A stretch of DNA of 64,000 nt from contig NW_015163620.1 of the NCBI RefSeq assembly GCF_001447785.1, positions 580,383 through 644,382 of the forward strand, written 5' to 3'. The translations under genes and the position numbers were made by a program. The notes beneath the pieces are model-generated. The model was given only the letters and a program-made list of their open reading frames with translations, had not been told where the DNA came from and did not search any database. The number at the start of each line of letters is the position of its first letter. Within the stretch, counting starts at the first letter, position 1. Below are positions 1-11,082 of this stretch, piece after piece. The stretch comes from Gekko japonicus (Eukaryota).

Positions 1-855
1 TATTGGCCCCAATGACAGAGATGAAGGCGAAATCTTTGCTGAGTGATATGGATGTGGCCTACAGGTCATATTCAGGATATATAAAGAAAAACAATCTGCC
101 TGGGGAAATAGTGATAAGATTCTCAAAGAGATGTGTGAGGGATGCAATCCTGAAAGCGGCATCTGAAGCTCCTTTCAAAGTTGGAGATAATGCTATCAGA
201 ATCCTAAAAGATATTCCATTTGAAAAAAAACAAAGGAGAAAGAAGTACAAAGATTTAATTATTTTTCTCCAGACAAACGCAATTGGATACAGATGGCTAA
301 CACCAGAAGGCATGATCTTCAAAATCAAGGATAAAAAGGAAAAGATTGACTCTGTTCAGAAAGCACGGAAATTTTTGAGAGTCCAGATGGGAGAGCCAGA
401 GGAGGAAGAAAAAGAAGGGATGGACAGTAAGTCCAATAGCAGCACATGTGGAAGGGATCTGGGTGTTCTGGTTGATCACAAGCTAAACATGAGCCTGCAG
501 TGCGATGTGGCTGCGAAGAAAGCTTATAAACTGCGGAAGAGAATGGGCAAGGGGAAATTAAGGCTGAAGGACTCTGAATTGTGTCTTTGAAAAACATGGT
601 TTTTTTAATACTAGATGCTTAGGGGTCTTTCGGGTTAACAGTGATAGTTAAGATATGATAAAGATAATACTATAGTTGAATCAGTTCATAATGGGATTAG
701 CGTGATTGAGAGATAACGTGTGCCAAGCTAACTAGATGATCTCCTCTCTTGGGTTTTTAGATAGTAGTGGGTATCTTTTCTTTATCCCTTAATGTAGTCC
801 CCTTCCCTATTTCTGTTGTAGTTTGTAGTCTTTATAAAAATGCAATTTAAAAAAA
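1..855 (+). mobile_element. ORF1-only (HAL1-like) L1-clade element, 3' part; 5' end lies outside the window
   Basis: L1 ORF1p RRM/CTD-type sequence (PGEIVIRF...RDAILK...IRILKDIP...IGYRWLTPEGMIF) stops at 590. It is followed by ~250 nt of T-rich 3'UTR and an A-rich end (tttataaaaatgcaatttaaaaaaa); no ORF2 follows. Confidence 0.65.
3..590 (+). CDS. L1-type ORF1p C-terminal half (RRM + CTD) with in-frame CR1 ORF2-derived peptide at 435-524
   Basis: Open 195-codon frame running off the window edge. It aligns by eye with the ORF1 at 46298 (DVLIQL..., VSVFPDLP, IKYKWLP) and contains SSTCGRDLGVLVDHKLNMSLQCDVAAKKA. Confidence 0.75.
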   Translation: MAPMTEMKAKSLLSDMDVAYRSYSGYIKKNNLPGEIVIRFSKRCVRDAILKAASEAPFKVGDNAIRILKDIPFEKKQRRKKYKDLIIFLQTNAIGYRWLTPEGMIFKIKDKKEKIDSVQKARKFLRVQMGEPEEEEKEGMDSKSNSSTCGRDLGVLVDHKLNMSLQCDVAAKKAYKLRKRMGKGKLRLKDSELCL

Positions 856-1071
856 TCCCCTCCGGGGGGGCTTTAGGATTAATAACATCACTATCAGAAA
901 AAAGTCAAAACTTTATTATTTGCGAGCACTTTGCTTTTAAACTGTTTTTATAAATTAAGTCTGGGGATGGAATACAGCTTTCAAATCATTTCCCAAATCC
1001 CTTTGCCCTCTCATCTAATCCCTTCCAGTGTTATACAAATTTGTAATCTTCTGGCCTGGTGCCAGCCAAGA

Positions 1072-1280
1072 CATACATGAAGCTGCTTTATACGGAATCA
1101 GAGCATCAGTCTATCAAGGTCAGTATTGTCTACTCAGACCAGCAGCAGTTTTCCAAGGTCTCCAGTAGAGGACTTTTACATCACACAGTGCCTGGTCCTT
1201 TAAACCAGAGATGCCAGGGATTGAACCTGGGGCATTCTGGATGCAAAGCAGAGGCTTTTTCACTGAGCCACAGCCCTTTC
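1072..1280 (-). mobile_element. tRNA-derived SINE
   Basis: Minus strand reads gggctgtggctcagtg (A box)...ggttcaatccctggc (B box), with tail gcagcttcatgtatg. Related copies are at 17372, 20983-21360 and 61211-62065. Confidence 0.75.
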
Positions 1281-1440
1281 CTGTAGTAGAACTCATACTG
1301 GAATCTTCCATCTTGTAACATGACTATAGAAAATGATATTGTAACAATAATATAAGAGCACATTTGTATAGGAAAACATGTATATTGGAAGGCATACCCA
1401 CTGGCTGCAATTTAATAGTGTAGTCCAAAGCAGACTTTAC

Positions 1441-1882
1441 CAGGGGTCATTTCATAGAAAAAGAGCTGCAGTAGCTCATTAGCATATGCCATGTATTTTA
1501 TGGGGCCATAGAATATAATGGAAAGATCACGCTGCCGCTGCAGCGCAGGCCGGCTGGGGAAGGGAAGGGGAGGCTTTTGAAGATGCCTCCCCCCTTTTTT
1601 GCTTCTCCAACCGGCCTGCCAAGGCGGGGTGGGGGGGAAGCGAAGAGAGAAGGGGTTTAAACTTTAAACCCCTTCTCTATGGAGTTGCACTGCAGTGGCA
1701 GTGCGATCTTTCCATTGTATTCTCTGGGGCCATAGAATATAATGGAAAGATCACACTGCTGCTGCAGCACGACTCTAGAAAGGAGCGTGGGGGCGGGGAG
1801 CTGAGCATGGGGCTTGCTGCCACCGCCATTTGTGCCTGCTCCTGGGCTGCTGGAGTGGTGCTCCGGCGCACTCTGACCCCTA
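1441..1882. mobile_element. hAT-type MITE with internal palindrome
   Basis: TIR caggggtca/tgaccccta; 8-bp TSD gactttac (1433-1440, 1883-1890); internal hairpin centred near 1727. Confidence 0.8.
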
Positions 1883-2420
1883 GACTTTACCCCCTTCTAA
1901 ATGCATTGAAGGGTATAACTCAGGTTAGGATTGCTTTGTAACATGCTGCTAAGTATGTTTGAATTCACCATGTTTAAATGACATATCCAAGGGGAGTTTA
2001 TGGGGAAATGGAGCAGAATCATGAGCAGCAGACTTTGGTGTCCATGGCCCCATTTTAGACGTTCTCTGATTATGAATATGGCTCTCATAACCAACATTTG
2101 TCCCTCACAAGATGGCATTCTGAAGTGTATTTGTAGCACACTAAACATTCATGTAACATTTTGCAAGTAGATTCCCGTAGAGTTAGGTTCCAGATAGCCA
2201 CTGGGCCCTGTTTAGAGATTCCTCCCTTAAAGTCCTGAAATAATAGCTTCACCTAGAAACAGTGCATGTTTCCACACGCTGATGTGCTCATGCTAATCAC
2301 TTCAGAAAGTTATCCCATGATTGCAGAAACTCCCCCCTGTTTAATAAGCTGTCATTTAAACCCCACAAGCCCAAAAACTTTGAGGGGGAAATTTAAAGCT
2401 GAGATTTAAAATGTCCAAAC

Positions 2421-3128
2421 TAGGCGTGCACAATTTTTTTCTTGGTATTTTTTAGTTCAGGTTTACTGGACCTAATTTTCTTTTGCGGGGGAGGGGGGGA
2501 TTCCTGAAAAAAAAAAAACCAGATCCCGATGCCAGTAAAGTATTTGGGTCCAGGATTTTTTTTGAAAACCTGAATTTTGGGTGGTACAATAGACCCAAAC
2601 TGAAAAACACTGAGGGGAAAAAAGCAGTAGCAAAGCCATTAAAAACAGTTGAGAGGTGCATCAACTGGGGCTCTTTTGGATGGTCCCTTTAAACCAAACT
2701 GCAAAAGAGCTCGTCAAGCAGCCAATCCTGTGGGGAGAACTCTCCCTGCAGGTTCTGCTGGCACTCTGCTGTGCAGCCCGGTTTAGATTGGACTTCCCAA
2801 CAGAACCCCCCCAGGAGCTGATCCTGCAGGGAGAGTTCTCCCCACACACCCTACTGGGGCTTTGCTGGGCAGCCTAGTTTAGATCAGACTGCCCAACAGA
2901 GCCCGCCCAGGAGCAGATCCTGTGGGGAGACTTCCCCCCACAGGCTCTGCTGGGGCTCTGCTGGGCAGTCCAGTTTCATAAGAAATTCTTGAATACAGCC
3001 AGTAATTTTTTTTCATTTCTCTCCAAAATCCCAGATACATTTGGGAAGCTGAAATATACCCAGAAAGTACTGTTAAGGTGTGTTTCATGTATATTTTCGG
3101 TTTGGGTAGACCTGAATGCACACCTCTA
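2421..3128. mobile_element. hAT-like non-autonomous DNA transposon with internal repeats
   Basis: Ends taggcgtgcac / tgcacacctcta; degenerate 8-bp TSD gtccaaac/atcaaaac; internal direct and inverted repeats at 2720-2970. Confidence 0.55.
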
Positions 3129-3632
3129 ATCAAAACACAACTTGACATTAGAAACATTGATTTAAATTAGCAGATGATAAAAATGAAAATACATGCTGTC
3201 AGGTTTCACCTAGAAATGTAAGTACCATGAGCTGGCTATGATGTACAGATAAAAGAAATTCTGAAATGACAGCCCAATTGAGGGCAATTTTATGGGTCAC
3301 GTCAGTAAAAATGTTGCGTGATTTAAAATCTTGAATTGTAAGGAAAATATTGTGTCTGTGAAGGAGCTGTGATCTTGTAAAACAAGCCAGTAATAATCAC
3401 TGTTTATACCCTTCAAAACAAATATCTCAAACTTAGTATTTGTTGTCTACTATTATTCTTTCCATGAACTAAGGAAAATAATATTTTCTCTCCTCTTGAT
3501 AGCTCTACTCAGTATTTATAGTGGATTATAAACAGACAAGACACATATCCTCTATTATGAATGATTCCAGTATTACTTGTTGAGTCAAATTTTCTAATCA
3601 AGAGAAGAAGAAAATAAACCTGCACTCCTGGA

Positions 3633-3961
3633 TAGGGATGGGCACAAACTGGGAAAGTGCGGTTTGGTTCATGGTTCATGACATGTCCAGTTTGTGAACC
3701 ACAAACCTGAAAGGCCAAAATAGGCCTGGAAAGGGCCCTTCCCCCACCCTTTTACTGACAAAGCCAGTTAGATGCCCCCCCGAACATTCTAATCTCTCAC
3801 CGTTGATGCCTGAAGCAGATCCCTGCAGAGGCCATTTCAAAGGGTTTTGGGGGGAATTCATCAGTCCCTGAAGGGATTTTTTTAGTTTTTGGATTTTTCT
3901 ACAAACCCAGGAAGTCTACTGACTATGTAGAAAAAGCTGTTGGGGGAGAGTGAGCCCCCTA
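3633..3961. mobile_element. Non-autonomous DNA transposon (MITE)
   Basis: Ends tagggatgggcac / gtgagcccccta; the 3' portion matches the reverse complement of 44366-44450. Confidence 0.5.
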
Positions 3962-4039
3962 TTGGTGGAAATAAGTATCCGCACAGAAAAAAACAACTCT
4001 GGCTAATAGAATAAGGATATTCAACCCCATGTACTCAAT

Positions 4040-4290
4040 AGCATAGGAGCCCTGCTGGATGAGACCAGCAATACATCTGCTCCAGCATCCGTTTTCACAC
4101 AATGGCCAACCCGTTTTCATGAAAGGCCAACAAACATGGCATAGAGATCAAGGCCATCCCCTGATGTTACCTCCTCACATTGGTGACTTTTATTGCCTCT
4201 GAATGTGGAATTTCCCTTTAGTCACCTTGGCTAGTAGCCATTGATGCATTTGTCCTCCGTTGATGTGCACTGATGTGCGTTGACACATAT
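4040..4290 (-). mobile_element. CR1 LINE 3' end fragment
   Basis: Reverse complement of the CR1 3'UTR seen at 10860-11075 (atcaatggctactagcc...ggatgctgga...atccagcagggctc). Confidence 0.7.
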
Positions 4291-4892
4291 CTGTCCTCCG
4301 TGAATGGGATCTTCAGACATTATGAAATGTACAGTACCATTTGCACAGATAGTTGGACTCTCTAAAAGTTGAGTATCCAGGGTTACAATTTTTATCTTTG
4401 TAATAATCTGTCATTTATATTTCTGCCATCTTCAAATTTTTGAGGAGAATGTAAAGCAAAGTTTTGGAATCTAAAAACATGTTTTTCACATTAGAAACGA
4501 TTATTTCGATTAGCAAATCACAAAAGCAAAATATATTTCATAATCTTTCATCTAGAAACAGGGACTTGGATGTGGTGTCTAGATAAAAGTAGCTTTATGT
4601 GAGAGGACTAGCCACAGGTAAAAGGGAGGAAGAAGAGACAGACAAATAACATTCCACATGCATTCACACAATTATACTTCCACAAGACAAAATATCCAGG
4701 AATCTCCCAACCCAGAGTTGGCAACACTAGTTTCTTACTATGGTGTATTCAGTTGCATTACAGGTTTCCAATTTGGCTCCCTCAGCTGACGTCTTCTGAT
4801 GGTATCCTAGGTAGTGCTGCATTCTATTTTCCTGAAAAATGCTCAATAAACCAATATTCTACGATGCATTTGGCATAACTTGGGTTGGTTAA

Positions 4893-5465
4893 TGTAAGGG
4901 GGGGAGGGTAAGAAGGGTGTCTTCATCTCACTGGGTTCCGCTGCTCCTAACCAATGTGGGGATTATCTGTAGGGCAAAAGAAAGGAAAACACCTTTCAAA
5001 ACAACTCCCAGTGCCCTCTAATAATCTTTTTTTCATTCACAAGTAAAACTAAAAATACAAACAGGGTTTATTCAACAAGGTGGGATGGGAAATCAGAGCA
5101 GACACACAGATATAAAAATTCAAGTGACATAGCACAAATTACAGACAGAACCAAAGTGGTAAGGTCTTTCACCATGTCTCTGAGGCCCTCTGAAAGTCTC
5201 CTATAGTCTTTCCTGCAACTTGGTTGGCTCTCCGAGGAGCTGCTGTAGATCCTCAGAAGACAAAGCTCTCTTTCAGGCTTCTCACTAGACAGTTCTGTTA
5301 TCCTTACAGGGAGCTCCTTCTATTGAGACAACATATGTCCTCTTAGAAATCCCTCCCTTGTGTTTTTTTCCCTCCACAGCCCCTTTCTACAGGTCTCTTT
5401 CAGGGGGGAAAAATAAATGCTTCCCCTCGCAAATATAACCCGGGCACCAAATCCATAGGGTTACA
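4893..5465 (-). mobile_element. Possible LTR remnant
   Basis: tgtaa...ttaca termini and a minus-strand AATAAA near 5068; no TSD found. Confidence 0.3.
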
Positions 5466-5615
5466 CACACACACATACACACAACCCCACTCCCACTTGA
5501 GGAATATATAGCGTAGGTTGGCTGCTTGTATGGAAATGCCTCTTGTATGGACATGGCTTGTATGGGAATGCCACTCAAATATTTAATTAATAAGCATGAC
5601 CATTTCTTTTTATGC

Positions 5616-5882
5616 AGGTAAAGGTAAAGGTTCCCTTGCTCGAAAGCCAGTCGAATCCGACTCTAGGGTTGCGGTGCTCATCCCCGTTTCAATGCCGAAG
5701 AGCCAGCGCTGTCCAAAGACGTTTCCGTGGTCATGTGGCCGGCATGACTAAACACCAAGGCACACGGAACGCTGTTACCTTCCCACCTTAGTGGTACCTA
5801 TTTAACTACTTGCAATTTCTTGCTTTTGAACTGCTAGGTTGGCAGGAGCTGGAACTAGAGACGGGAGCTCACTCCGTCATGC
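5616..5882 (-). mobile_element. Sauria SINE, 5'-truncated
   Basis: (ACCTTT)n tail on the minus strand (ggtaaaggtaaagg on plus); highly similar to the full copy at 38364. Confidence 0.85.
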
Positions 5883-6977
5883 AACCATCATGCAAAAAGG
5901 GATAGTTCAGAATCATGCACCCTGACCCCCAAAAAAAGTTCTTTGCAAAATCCAGGAAAATGAGTACCAGTATATCTATCAGAAATAAAATGTTTTGAAA
6001 GATGTTTCAAAGGAAATGCACAATTTTCTGTAGCATAGGGAGTCGGGGAGGAGATGTTTGTGAATGGCACAGATTGTGAACTATCAAGCTGAACCTGTAG
6101 TTTGACAGATGTCTATTGTTTGATGGTACTTTAGTTTTCATATTATTTTCAGATTATCCAGCACATCTCCTGCAATAAAGCTGAACAGTGATTGGAGTGA
6201 TGTTATTTATTCATTTTATACTCAGTCCGAAAGCCATAAAACATTGCTCTGATGAATGTAAATAGTCTCAGCCAATTAGCCCTGACGGTATGATAGAAAA
6301 CACCAGGTCTCTGCAGTTTAATAATCAAGATGCTGTGGATTCCCTATCAACATTTCAAAACAAACTCACAAAACAGAGGAAATTGTTTATATGGGGCAGG
6401 CAGATGTATAATGTCCAGGGTGTGACTGGGAAGCATTGCTGGGAACATAAATCTGTGGCTCAGGACATATTGCCCCATACAAATGCTTCTAATCCACAGA
6501 ATAAGAGCACATCCATTGTAGGTTATTGGCTGCAGAACCATTTTAAACTAAAATGTGAATGGCATTGTCTTGTTCTTATAACATGTCCAATTTTATTCTC
6601 ACATCTATAATGCCTACCATTAGTGTAATGGACAGAGTGCTGGGTTCAAATTCAGTGGGTTCAGAATCTCAGGTACTTGGTTCAAATTCCCAGTCAGCTG
6701 TGAAACTTGACCTTGGTGCACCACTCTCTTTTAACTGAACTTTCCACAGACAGATATGAGGATTAAAAGAGATGCTCTCATGCATCCAGCAGAAATGTCA
6801 TAGAAGAAATGTTGTCAACTAAGACCATCCTTTTCCTTTCACGAAGAAACAGTAGCCACCGTTAAACATCCTGTTCAGTGGCTAAAATCTTGTGGTGGTT
6901 GTTAGCTATGGCTAGACACATACCCAGCTTGCCAATGGTTGTAGAAACCTTTAAAAGATTGGCTTTCCATTTACCTG

Positions 6978-7180
6978 GAGCCAGTGTGGTGTAGTAGTCT
7001 GAGATTCAGACTAGGATCTGGGAGGCCCAGGTCTGAATCCCCACTCTGTTGTGGAAACTCACTGGGTGACCTTGGGCCAGTCAAAAATACTCAGCCTAAT
7101 CACAAGGCTGTTATGAGGAGGATTAAATGGAGGCGAGAAGGAGGTAAACTGCTCTGGGTCATCATCTGAGGATAAATAAA
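6978..7180 (+). mobile_element. tRNA-derived SINE (Squam3-like)
   Basis: gagccagtgtggtgtagt...ggtctgaatccccactc...gggtgaccttgggccagtc, with an A-rich tail. Confidence 0.65.
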
Positions 7181-7183
7181 GAA

Positions 7184-7974
7184 GGCTGCGGTCACACGGA
7201 ACATTAGCCACGCTAGAGAGATGGAAGATAGGCAGATTTTCCAGGCGCGATCTCACCACCACATCTGGGAAGCGTAGAGCTTCCGTGCCAAACCTGAGGC
7301 TTCCCGCCGAAGATGCGTGGTAAAAAACTAGTACCTCCGAGGTACTAGTTTCCGGTAACTGCGGGGCAAAGGCGGGCGCCTGATTGCATTTCCGGTGGAA
7401 TCCCGTGGCATCCAGCGGCCGCCCATGTCCCATCGCGAACAGGTTTTTCCCCCCCAAGTCTCCACAGGATGTGCACAAGTGCCCAACGGCACATGCGCAC
7501 AAAGAGGCCCCCCTCCCACTGCAGCCAGGCTTGCCGCCTCTGGAGGGTCGCTATGGCCACTGTCTCGCAGGCGGTTAGAGTGGCTGTGACGAGGGGGCCC
7601 CCCTCCCCCTCCATTGGCTATGCCTCGGAGCTCTGTTGGGGTCCGGAAGCGTCTGTCGCCCTCTCCGGTAAGCCCACCACCCGCCTTCGGATGTGCAGAT
7701 ATGATTGCTCAGTCATGCGTATGCACAAACTTCAGTTTTAAAAAAATCTATCCCGTTTGCCACGGAAGCGGCGCCTAGCGATTGCTGGTGTGATCGCGCC
7801 GCACCGCTTCTTTGCCACGCTGCAGGATGGTCATGTGATCGGCACCTCTCCCCTAAACACGGGACCTCGACGGGACCTCGACGGGACATCTGATCGTGTA
7901 ACCGTGCGTTATTTTGCTCCGGGGCAAACAGCCATGCTTCCCCCCCGCATTTTCCTGCCCGTGTGACCGGGGCC
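7184..7974. mobile_element. PIF/Harbinger-type MITE
   Basis: TIR ggctgcggtcacacgg / ccgtgtgaccggggcc; 3-bp TSD gaa; CpG-rich interior, suggesting a young copy. Confidence 0.8.
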
Positions 7975-8444
7975 GAAGATGGGCTTTCCATTTGCTTAGA
8001 GCCACAAGTGGGATTTTTGTGGCAACCATGTGATATGCGGTTGTCTGCCTGTTAATGAAATGTGGTATATGGTGATCACATTTATACAGTGCAACCCTTG
8101 TGGGATATTAATTTTAATAAGCTTAATATGCTGAAGTGTGTGGGAAATGTATCTAGGACTAGAGAGGCTGTGGGATTCACTGTGAATGCATGTGACTGTT
8201 GAACTTACTGTGTTCAAAGGTGGTGATTAGATTGAGCCCTTAGTCTGTTCAGTTTGTGCCGAACCCCCACGAACACCTGCAGAACCAGTTTCCACTGGGT
8301 TTTCCAAACTGCCCATGTTCAAAGATGCTGACAATTTAAATGGATGTGTGGCCTTTAGTGTCACTAAGGACTACTTAGAAAAGCGCTGACATATAGGTTT
8401 TAGTGAAATACAGCATTTATTGATGCCTGATTTATATCATTTGT

Positions 8445-8542
8445 AAGTGGTCTAACTGTCTAAACAATTGCCTGCTGAGTAGTGCAGTTAATAAGTGGTC
8501 TAACTGTCTATTTAAACAATTGCCTGCTGAGTAGTGCAGTTA
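8445..8542. repeat. ~48-bp tandem duplication
   Basis: taagtggtctaactgtcta(ttta)aacaattgcctgctgagtagtgcagtta occurs twice. Confidence 0.85.
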
Positions 8543-9274
8543 CACAGCAAGGGAAGAGAAGTAGCAGAACTCAGTCCGGCTGTGTGAAAACACACATGTG
8601 AGAAAAGCCAATTGGGCTGTACTGCATACTGAGAAAAGAATACAGTGAAGCAACCTACAGACTGATGAACTATCAAAGTGACCACTGAAAAATTTGGTCC
8701 CTGTTCACAACCAGCAAAGGGTACACAATCTGAACAGGCAGTTGTTTGAGCATCCCTGTCTATGACACATTCCAATTAATTGTATGTCTCTTCAGATCAC
8801 TCCACGAAACACTAACCTCCAAATAATCTGACCTCTTATGGGAGTTGGAGACATTTTTGCCCAGGAGTTTGAGCATCCTACAGAGGCAGGGCTGGGCCAA
8901 GGGATCGGTAAGGCTCAGCCAGTCAGCAGACGACAGAGAGTGGCAGTTGGGGGCAGCTCTGCCTCCCTGCAAGCGGACTTTTGCCTTCCCTGCTGACTCT
9001 CCTGCCCACTCTAAGGCCGAGTTCAGACTGGCAGTTTGCCCCGATAGACGCGCATTTCAGAAACATTCCACAACTGGATTAAATGGGCTGTTCACACAGG
9101 CAAATCTGTCAGGCGTTCCCCACCTGTACTCAGCCCGTCTTGTAACGCTTCGCTCCTGAGTTTAAAAGATACCTGGTGAAAGTGGTAGCAAACCCTGGAA
9201 AGCGCGATTATCCCACGTCCATCCCTCACCAACAAAGTGTGAATGCCAAAAGCCACATTTTTCTTGTGCCCTTA

Positions 9275-9982
9275 TGCGCTCATGTCCCCCCAAGAGCACT
9301 GAGATCTGAGTCGCAGGACCGCTTAGTCCCCCCTGGCCCTAGGGACGCCAAGTTAACAACTACAAGAACTAGGGTGTTCTTCGCTGCACCAATATGGTGG
9401 AACCAGTTCCCACACGAAATTCGCGCTCTGCAAGATCTCCACCAATTCCGCAGAGCGGTAAAGACGGAGCTGTTCCGCCAAGCATTCAATAGCCCAGACC
9501 AAACATTAGGGGCTTCCGGTCTGGCTCCCGCGAATGGCGGATGCATCCTCGGGTCGCTCCCGAGGGCGTCTCGCCTGCCCGCGGTGGATGAGGGAATCCG
9601 CGCGAGCGGAGACCCGAACGAGCACCTCAGGAAGAGAGGAGCTCGGATCTGGGGCACTTTAGGGCGCACTAGGGGGGAGTCGCTCTTTCGGCCGAGAGGT
9701 CGGAGACNNNNNNNNNNNNNNNNNNNNNNNNNNNNNNNNNNNNNNNNNNNNNNNNNNNNNNNNNNNNNNNNNNNNNNNNNNNNNNNNNNNNNNNNNNNNN
9801 NNNNNNNNNNNNNNNNNNNNNNNNNNNNNNNNNNNNNNNNNNNNNNNNNNNNNNNNNNNNNNNNNNNNNNNNNNNNNNNNNNNNNNNNNNNNNNNNNNNN
9901 NNNNNNNNNNNNNNNNNNNNNNNNNNNNNNNNNNNNNNNNNNNNNNNNNGTCTTAACCACTTGAAAATAAATAATAAATAAG
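9275..9982 (+). mobile_element. L2-clade LINE 3' fragment (ORF2 C-terminus + 3'UTR, spanning a gap)
   Basis: PPRALRS...RTRVF..AAPIWWNQFPHEIR...FRRAVKTELFRQAF is the typical L2 ORF2 C-terminus; an aaataaataataaataa tail follows the gap. Confidence 0.75.
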
Positions 9983-10801
9983 TGCATATCTACAGATTAC
10001 AAAAAAAGAAAGCCGCCTCTGGGCCAACAGTGTGAACACTCCCTTGTGCCTCCTCCTGGTATGCTCCCACATCAGTCACTGCAGTGTGAACGGGAAAACC
10101 CAGAACAGTTTGTTTTGGCTCTTTTTTGCCATGATTCCCTCCCGCTTCAAACTGCCAGCCTAAATTTCATCTAAATAACAGAGGATTAGCTGGTTGTCTT
10201 TCAGTGACCAAGCGGGAATTTTGGGGTTTCCTTCAGATTGGCTTAGAAGAGAATTATTTTCACCTGCAGTGGCTGGGGGACTTGCGGCTCTATCAAAAAT
10301 AACCACAACCAAACTGGCAGTGACACAACACTGCCTATGGGAAGGTGGGAGCAGGGCAGCCAGCTGGGATAGTTAAAAGTTGGCATAGGGAGAGGCAATC
10401 GGAGGTCATTGGAAGAGGCCAAGGCATCCGGCAGGTGAGTGGAGACTGAAAGGCAGGGTATGGGGGCAGAAGAGCCAGCTGCCACTGCCAGAATAGAGGT
10501 GGCAGCTAGATAGCGGGACACAGAGGAAGGAGCATTGGATGGCGGGGAAGGTGTAGCAGCTGCGAGTGCTGGTACAGTGGCATGGGCCAAAGTGAAGAAG
10601 GTGGAGGCTGCCAAGGCAGCAACAGACCCCAGGACCCTGCTAGAGGCACAGCAGGATGGCATACACATAGGCGATGGCTGGACCCAGCAACAAGGATAGG
10701 CCAGGACCTCCTCTGTCCCACACTCCAGTGAAGCAGATGTGGTAGGACTAAAAGGAATCATGGATAAGGGAACAGAAGCTGAGAGACTGGTGAAGCTTGC
10801 C

Positions 10802-11082
10802 ATGAAGGCCACAGGAATAAACAGCTTTAAAGGGGGGTTAGATAGATTCATGGAGGATAAGTCTCTCAATGGCTACTAGCCATAGTGCCTGAAGGGAACG
10901 TCCACATTCAGAGGTACTAAGCCTCTGTATCCCAGAGCCAGGAGGCAACATCAGGGGAAGGCCTCAGCCTCTATTCCCTATTGTTGGCTGCCCAGAGGAA
11001 CTGATTGGCCACTGTGTAAGACAGGATGCTGGACTAGATGGACCACTGGTCTGATCCAGCAGGGCTCTTCTTTTGATTTTAT
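10802..11082 (+). mobile_element. CR1 LINE 3' end
   Basis: Encodes ATGINSFKGGLDRFMEDKSLNGY*, then the CR1 3'UTR ggatgctggactagatggaccactggtctgatccagcagggc and a degenerate tail. Confidence 0.85.

Noticed and set aside
7059-7991. Cluster of overlapping 60-150 aa ORFs
   Set aside because: GC-rich MITE interior with no transposase motifs; the same applies to ORFs at 29000-29900 and 44400-44950.
10400-10800. Ala/Gly/Glu-rich reading frame
   Set aside because: Interrupted by stops and unassignable; probably decayed repeat sequence.
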